Positions 12,071-18,232 of a stretch of 18,232 bases of DNA are shown here, piece after piece. Under the pieces are notes generated by a model that was not told the origin of the DNA, did no database searches, and worked only from the letters and a program-made list of their open reading frames with translations. Both the position numbers and the translations under genes were made by a program. Source of the DNA: Selaginella moellendorffii (lineage: Eukaryota > Plantae > Lycopodiophyta). The DNA is taken from assembly GCF_000143415.4 (NCBI RefSeq), contig NW_003314342.1:29150-47381 (forward strand). The letters run 5' to 3'. The number at the start of each line of letters is the position of its first letter. Within the stretch, counting starts at the first letter, position 1.

Positions 12071-13190
12071 TGTAGCGCACGTGGTTTTGACCCTTTATCC
12101 TATGGTGATTTACCATAGGATAACACCACGAAGCAGAACCTAAACCCTCTTTGTGCCACGTGACAGATGCCACGTGTCCATAAGAACCCGAGGTTCAGGG
12201 CCTTGGGCCACTGAACAAAGGAACGGTGCCAAACTCCCAAGCATGGAGCCAAGGAGTGACGGAACCGAACCACGGAGCAACTCCCGAGCATAAAGCCCAA
12301 GGAGCGAAGGGACAGGAGCCCGGAGCGACTTGGAACAGTCCTGGAGCAACCAGCATCCCCATGCCAGGACCAGCACGCAAAACGGAGCCAAACGGAGTCT
12401 GGCGCTATTTCGGCATACCGGTGGCCTAACGTGAGGATATGGGTACTCCACCAACTAACATGGAATGGAACTTGGGCTTACACCCAAGCCGGACGCAGAA
12501 CAAGGACAGGCACGCAAGCGAGAGCTAGACTATGCCTCAGGTTGGTCGGCCATGCCCGACCTACCCACTATCCCTACTATACATTTGGAACCCCCCACAG
12601 CCCCCCCCCCCCTTGAGGAACACACGCTTTGGGCTTTCACCCCAAGCCTCCCTTAGTATCAGGAGTTAGTCTCTGGGACAAGCTCGAAACTTACTAAATA
12701 TGGAATGTCCTTAGATTGCGAATTTGGGCACGGGATGAACACCATTGTGTTCAGGACAATCTCTACATTCCACAGATATGCCAAATGAGCAAATCTGGAC
12801 ACTTTCCATAAATAGCATTTGGGACCAAAATGAGACTAACACAAAGGGCATGATAGCGAGGGTGTTTGGCAGACACGGTAAGCTATCATCTAGCGATATT
12901 GAGGGACCAATCTCAATATCGTGGGGGTTCTTGATACTAGCAAGTGCAAGCCAATGACTCAAGTTTCTCAAACCAGGCCGAGTATGCTCAACAAGAAACA
13001 CATAGGGTTCCTACCTTATGTTTATCCAATCTAAGTTCATGGTCATTGACCAGTTTCTCAACTAGCTCAAGTGGGAAACTGATAACGGGTCCAGCAATAC
13101 CGACCTCCTGCCATCGTGGCAGTAAGGTAAGAGTGTCCGTAAGGACTAGCCGACAGGTAACTTTCGATACCTGAAGTCGCATTCGCGACA
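12071..13190 (-). repeat. 5' LTR of the nested element (1120 bp)
   Basis: Direct repeat of 5890-7025, adjacent to the PBS, followed by TSD AACAT. Confidence 0.97.
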
Positions 13191-14860
13191 AACATACACT
13201 CCACTTGCTCAACATCTACTCTTTTCTTCCATGCCTATCTTACTCATTGCCTTTTGGGGATCAAGGCTATGAGATGTAAATCAATCTCAGCATCAACATC
13301 TTTGCAATAATACATGGCTAAGTATTTCTTTCCTTTTTATGTTTGGATCTAGTTTAGATTAGAGAGGATTCATAAAATCATTGTAGAGGTGATTTTGTAG
13401 TTCTCCAGCTTCTCATCCTCAAGATCTTCTCTACCACATGCAAACTTTTATTGTTTCACTTCTAGATCTTCTATAAGCAACAACCAATTAATCAATTGCA
13501 ACAGCAGCCACAACAACCATAGAAATCACAACCATTGCCCTATTCATCCCACATGAACCCTAATGATGTGGCATTAATCAATGACAAATCAGCACTGACT
13601 CAGTGGTAACTTGATTTTGGAATATTCTAGAATAATCTGATGTGGATGATGGTTACATGTACAACATTTTATCACTGTCACCGCACAGAAAATGACAGTG
13701 ATGGTCACATAGTGTCTCTAAGCAAACCAACATAGAATATACCTAGGTATTCTTGAATATTCTATAATCTAATTGTTGATATTTATTTAGACTAATCTTG
13801 TGTTTATAAATTGAAAACATTTTAATAATGGTCATCACATTGACTACAAAGAGTTGATTATATAGTTGACTGACGGTTTTGGCAAAAAGATGTTGTTTTG
13901 AGAACTACATTGTAGTTCAATGTTTGGACATGTGTTTGCAAGTGTGATTTTGTGGCAAAGAAACAAGAGCAACATGAGGTCCTCTAGACAAGCTAACTTC
14001 TGAAGTTTAACCAGCTGCCACCTCCATGCAAGGGTACTTTCCATGAGCTCAAAGGGCTAGCTTTTGAATTTTTTTTGTTGTTCTCTAGGCCCAATCTGTT
14101 AGGAGTGATGCAAAGAAACTGTTATTGATTAGGCTAAGGATTTCCAACCCAAAGCTATGTTTCTCATACCTGAAAAGTGTATCTATGAAATATATATATC
14201 CTCTTGTGGTTTCTCTTGTAAACAGAAGACGAGTGCCTGAGGTTGTACATATCAAAGTACAAACCAAAGAAGCAGATCAATGGATCTCCCCGTGACGTGT
14301 CAATCAGTAGTCAAACGAAGCGAGCAGCACATACTTGATCCTCTTCCAGTCGATTTGCTTTGAAAAACAATTTTTGTCTAGATCTAAAGAAAAGTCTTCC
14401 ATAAATTAGCTATTATATATTTGAAAAGCTACTTAACATCATTCCATAAGCAAATTGATCTACAACAGGCTATCATGCATTAGACAATTTGACTTTGTGT
14501 TGATTCAACTGGGCAATTTCAAGAAATGGTCTCCACGCCCTATTCAAATTAGTTTCTAGTGTTGATCTAATTTACCTAAAATTTACCAAGCCACTCTTTC
14601 TAATTTCACAATTGTAAGGGCAAGGTTGGCTATAAGCTACTAAGCATGGGCAGAAAGGAAAGATCCTCATACACACCTAGGTAGAGAGATTAAGGATTGA
14701 CAACCCTCCACATTCCTGATAGAAGTTGAATAGGGGAATTAGGGTAGACAAAATAAAAATATTTATTAGTGATCCATCACACATATTAGAAGATATATTT
14801 TTCTTATAGACTTAGATAAAAGTTAGTTGATCCCCACTCTGTGTGACTAAGCAAAAGTAT

Positions 14861-15018
14861 TGTAAGCAACTAAAGAGAACGACTCAAAAGATAATCCATG
14901 GGGTTCAAATATAGAGGGATTGGTTAAGGGTCTTGGGATATTTGGGGTTAAGTGTCTTTGGGTTTGAATAGTACTGGGCTGGGTGACCTCCCAGGAAAAC
15001 CAAATTCAGGAGCTTACA
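14861..15018 (+). repeat. Cassandra 5' LTR (158 bp)
   Basis: Repeat of 15223-15416 with ~18 substitutions by hand count. Lacks a 36-bp segment present in the 3' LTR. Confidence 0.93.
14946..14997 (+). promoter_or_regulatory. 5S rRNA-derived segment (Pol III A-box / intermediate element / C-box)
   Basis: ggttaagtgtctttgggtttgaatagtactgggctgggtgacctcccaggaa aligns without gaps to the plant 5S region AGTTAAGCG...TAGTACT.GGATGGGTGACCTCC.GGGAA. Confidence 0.9.
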
Positions 15019-15020
15019 TT

Positions 15021-15032
15021 TGGTATTAGAGT
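15021..15032 (+). promoter_or_regulatory. Decayed tRNA-iMet PBS (tggtattagagt)
   Basis: Starts after a 2-nt spacer following the LTR end. Two C>T changes from TGGTATCAGAGC. Confidence 0.88.
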
Positions 15033-15222
15033 GGTCTTGGGTCCGACTCTATTGGTTGGCTGGGGGAATCACACCACATGTTGATTAACATCTGGCTGGT
15101 TTAGTTTGCTCACGCTAGGCTCGACTAAAGGGGTAGGGTGTCAAGAGAGTGGGGCTCTTGGGAGAGTTGCGACTCTCAACTTCCGTTCAGGAGGGTGTGA
15201 TTTGCAGGGAAGTGTAATGAAT

Positions 15223-15416
15223 TGTAAGCAACCAAAGAGAACGACTCAAGAGACAATCGATGGGGTTCAAATATAAAGGGAAAGGGCCCATAAACAAAAA
15301 TGCACCCCCTTTTCCAATTAGTTAAGAGTTTTAGGATATTTGGGGTTAAACGTATTTGGGTTTGAATAGTACAGGGTTGGGTGACCTCCTGAGAAAACCA
15401 AATTCAAGAGCTTACA
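15223..15416 (+). repeat. Cassandra 3' LTR (194 bp), with 5S-like segment at ~15344-15395
   Basis: tgtaagc...gcttaca followed by TSD agtat. Confidence 0.93.
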
Positions 15417-15463
15417 AGTATAAGAAAGAAAAAATTATATTGTGTGCCTAATTAGGCCAGCGA

Positions 15464-16592
15464 ATGATAAATTTAACGAAATTGCTTAAATAGCTCGACA
15501 AATTACCGAGAAAAATACCTGATAATATTCTGCTCAAGGTATACAGAAGTCTAACTCTTTGTATCTTTACTATTGTCAAAGAAAGTGTGATAATACTTTA
15601 TAGGTACACAGAATAAATGAGACTTATATCTGTGGAGTTACCTATACAAAAAGAAAATATAACTAAAATTCTTCCTAGATAGAGAGATAATTTACCTATC
15701 CAAGCTAGATGCAAATCCTGAATATTATAACCTGCAAAGGATCTATAAAATTCTGCTTATTAGACAATTGCTAAATTTTATGCAATCTTTAGATAAAAAA
15801 GCTATTGTGGGAACTTTAATGGTTCACAATAAAGCTTGAATACCCATAGGCAAAAATACATTTGGTGATAATTGGGTTAATAAACATTGAATCAATTCTA
15901 AATTTGAATTGGTAGGCAACAAAATTTTGTGGAGTAAAATTTTTTTAAGGTGGACCACATTTGAGCAAAATAGATATGCTTTGAAAAACAATGTTTGTTG
16001 CTCGAGAAAGTTTTGGAACTTTTGTATAAAAAATGCTCTAAACATTTGGCCTTTATAGGAAAGTTATCCCTATTTCGAAATTCGTTGGAAAGCTAAATAC
16101 TTGCTCTTAAAAGTGACTAATAGGCCAATTTACAAGAGGGATACATTGCATAAAAAATCCTCGTACCACTCCAAAAAAGAGGCATATAACTAGGCTTGCC
16201 ATAGTAGCAACATCAATAGGCTTCAAAATATTATAGTGCATGTGATCATAAGATGAAATTTGGATATACTGTCATCGTAGATCCTTAGAATGTTGGGGGA
16301 TAAATAAGGATAAAATAGCCACTAAAGGCTCTCTCACAAAGCAATTGCCCTTTTGCCAATTGATTTAAAGGGAGAGAGATAGAGTACGCTACATGTATAT
16401 AGGCATAGACCAACAATTGATCGTACCTATAAAGCTTTAAATGACATAATCTCTATGTATAAAATTGTCATTGTCTATACCAAACAAAGTAATAGATATA
16501 CAATATTTCTCTCACAATCTAATAAGCAAAAGGCAATCTGAAAAGAAGTATTCACAAGATCTAAAATGAAATTACAAGGCACTTACTTGTGA
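15464..16592 (+). pseudogene. Decayed reading frame of unknown function upstream of gag (extra 5' ORF or very long Gag N-terminal extension)
   Basis: ATG 15464 opens MINLTKLLK*LDKLPRKIPDNILLKVY. After a frameshift near 15700, 163 codons (15702-16190) contain only 3 stops (TGA, TGA, TAG) in very AT-rich DNA. Confidence 0.5.
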
Positions 16593-18130
16593 TATTTATG
16601 ATCTTAACCTCCCTTTAAAAAAGACTAAATCATTGCTCAATTAAGTTAAAGAAAAATTTGAAAGAGAGCGAGCTAAAAGTATATTGGGTACACCTTAATG
16701 AAGAAGAGATCAAAAATTCAAATACAACTTTGATAGTTATTTAAAACATGTGAATCCATACACTACTCCTCTTTGGCAACATCGGCACATAGAAAATGCC
16801 TCTACTTCAACTGAGAATATTGGAATACAAAACAATTGGAGTGATTCCCCACAAGAGAAAGAAGCGCTAAATTTACAACTTTTACCCTTTGACGGTGATC
16901 TAGATTCCCTTACAAACTAAACATTTGTTTTGCCTATATTATTTATAAAATAGAGCATTTCTTATCAAATTGCAATAAGCACAATAGCAATTGCAGAAAC
17001 AACAATAGGCACTGTCATTACATATCCATCCTTTTCTGAAATTAAAGGAGAGGAGCTACAACTACATATTTAGCAATATAGAAGCAATTAAGCTCAATCA
17101 AGTAGATAGGCAAAAAAAGAATTTTTCCCTTATATGCTCAAAAACAAAGTCAAAGACAGGTATTATGATAGTGATGTTAAAAATCTTGGCACATTTGATG
17201 AGCAAACAAAGTTTTTTCTAAAAGTCTTTTTTATGGAAACAAACCCAGATGAAAACTATGATGAGTTGCAAAAATTTCATCAAGGAAAATTTGAGACAAT
17301 TGAGGAATATACAACTTGATTTAACAAGTGTTAATATTAGTGTTAGACAAAATGCGCCTACATATAGAGCTTCAAGAAAATTTATCATGAATATGCGATA
17401 AAGAGAGCTTATGCAGATTTCAATGATTTGAAAAAAGCTATGTTTGCTTACTAAGATCTTATAAAATAATATGACATGGTAGATATGGTGAAGTCAGATA
17501 AAAAGACAACTTTTATAGATAAGAAAACTAGTCGTTTAAGAAGCTTCAAATTACAAACAAATCTCAAATAAGGGATTTGGTGTACTAAATGCAAAAATAA
17601 AGGTCATAGCAAAGAAGAATGCAAAATTCAACTAATAAAGTGCTAATTTTGTGAAAAATAAAGGCATTTAGCTAAGGAGTATAAAACTTTGTTTAAACAA
17701 CTAGGAGGCCAACAAGCAGCCTGAGTTAATAAAACATCATGTAGGCAAAACTATCCATTTGACGATAAAAGTTATTGTAAGAAAAATGATTATAATGATA
17801 ATTGAAGTGCCAAACGTGAATACTCATGTGTTAAAAGGCTAGATGACCATCGGGATTATCCACCTAAGAGTAATTTTCGATATTATCCACCTAGCCATGA
17901 GGAAAATAGGCCTAAAGAGTATAATCAACCTAGAGAATATGATTAACTCAGAGGTTATAACATGCCTAAAGAATATAAAAGGCCAAAAGAGTATAATCAA
18001 CCTAAGACACTTATTTGCTATCCTATGCTATAGAATCAAGCTGAATCATCAAGCAAGAATGATGGGCTTCATAAAGATACACAACCTGCAGTTAAACATA
18101 TTGAGGTAGAATGGTTAAATACAAAAGAGC
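16570..18130 (+). pseudogene. gag: gag pseudogene of a second gypsy unit
   Basis: Single frame with scattered stops. YPSFSEIKGEELQLHI resembles YPKFSG..GEDP..H. Retrotrans_gag motif FHQGKFETIEEY. Zinc knuckles CTKCKNKGHSKEEC (17581-17622) and C*FCEK*RHLAKEY (17641-17682). Confidence 0.88.
17911..18006 (+). repeat. In-frame 18-bp tandem repeat (~5.3 units, consensus cctaaagagtataatcaa = PKEYNQ)
   Basis: Units at 17911, 17929, 17947, 17965 and 17983 read PKEYNQ PREYD* LRGYNM PKEYKR PKEYNQ PK. Confidence 0.85.
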
Positions 18131-18232
18131 TACCTCACTCTCTTTATTTTGGCTTTCAGATTCAGCCCTTCTTCATTATGCTCTAATCATAACATAGATG
18201 TTAAGTAGTGAAAATCATCCCCAACTCTCAAT

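Larger units (their letters stand above)
5890..13190 (-). mobile_element. Young, apparently non-autonomous LTR retrotransposon derived from a Ty3/gypsy chromovirus
   Basis: Paired TG...CA LTRs, 5-bp TSD AACAT, PBS next to the right LTR and PPT next to the left LTR (both - strand). No long ORF in the sequenced interior, but eroded pol motifs are present. Confidence 0.95.
14861..15416 (+). mobile_element. Cassandra-type TRIM (non-autonomous, 556 bp) with 5S-rRNA-derived LTR segments
   Basis: Two short LTRs with perfect TGTAAGC...GCTTACA ends. TSD AGTAT (14856-14860 and 15417-15421). Decayed iMet PBS, 204-bp non-coding interior, and a 5S internal-control-region match in each LTR. Confidence 0.93.

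Noticed and set aside
5811-13438. Candidate 3' LTR of the host element (tgtagtgg at 5811 ... ctaccaca at 13438, split by the nested insert)
   Set aside because: No second copy in the window, no convincing PPT and only imperfect termini. Unverifiable here.
13844-14267. Short - strand ORFs as host gene exons
   Set aside because: No recognisable motifs or supported splice structure. Lengths are consistent with chance.
14946-14997. Genuine 5S rRNA gene
   Set aside because: Only ~52 of ~120 nt, embedded in both LTRs of a TRIM, with no 5S 5' half or T-run terminator.
17911-18006. CRISPR-like or regulatory repeat array
   Set aside because: Contiguous degenerate 18-mers without spacers, in frame within gag, in a eukaryotic TE context.
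16291-18226. tgttggggga ... tccccaac as termini of an LTR or TIR element
   Set aside because: No TSD and no terminal CA. The left motif falls within the decayed reading frame, and gag lies between the two.

Overview
Plant (probably seed-free plant) transposon cluster with no host gene. (A) 1-~5889, continuing after 13195: an old, decayed + strand Ty3/gypsy non-chromovirus. It has PR-RT-RNaseH-INT relics, no extra aRH, and a long extra ORF 3' of pol. (B) 5890-13190: a very young - strand LTR element nested in A's 3' region. It has 1136/1120-bp LTRs differing by about 4 substitutions and one 16-bp duplication, TSD AACAT, a tRNA-iMet PBS and a PPT. Its interior is a heavily eroded chromovirus pol, so it looks non-autonomous; two N-gaps fall inside it. 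(C) 14861-15416: a complete Cassandra-type TRIM with 5S-rRNA-derived segments in both LTRs and TSD AGTAT. (D) ~15464-18130: a second decayed + strand gypsy unit, made of an unrecognised upstream reading frame followed by gag with two CCHC knuckles and an 18-bp coding repeat. All domain calls are by-eye motif recognition; no searches were run. The best candidates for something undescribed are the accessory ORFs on either side of gag-pol, the non-autonomous chromovirus, and a Cassandra carrying fern/bryophyte-type 5S sequence.
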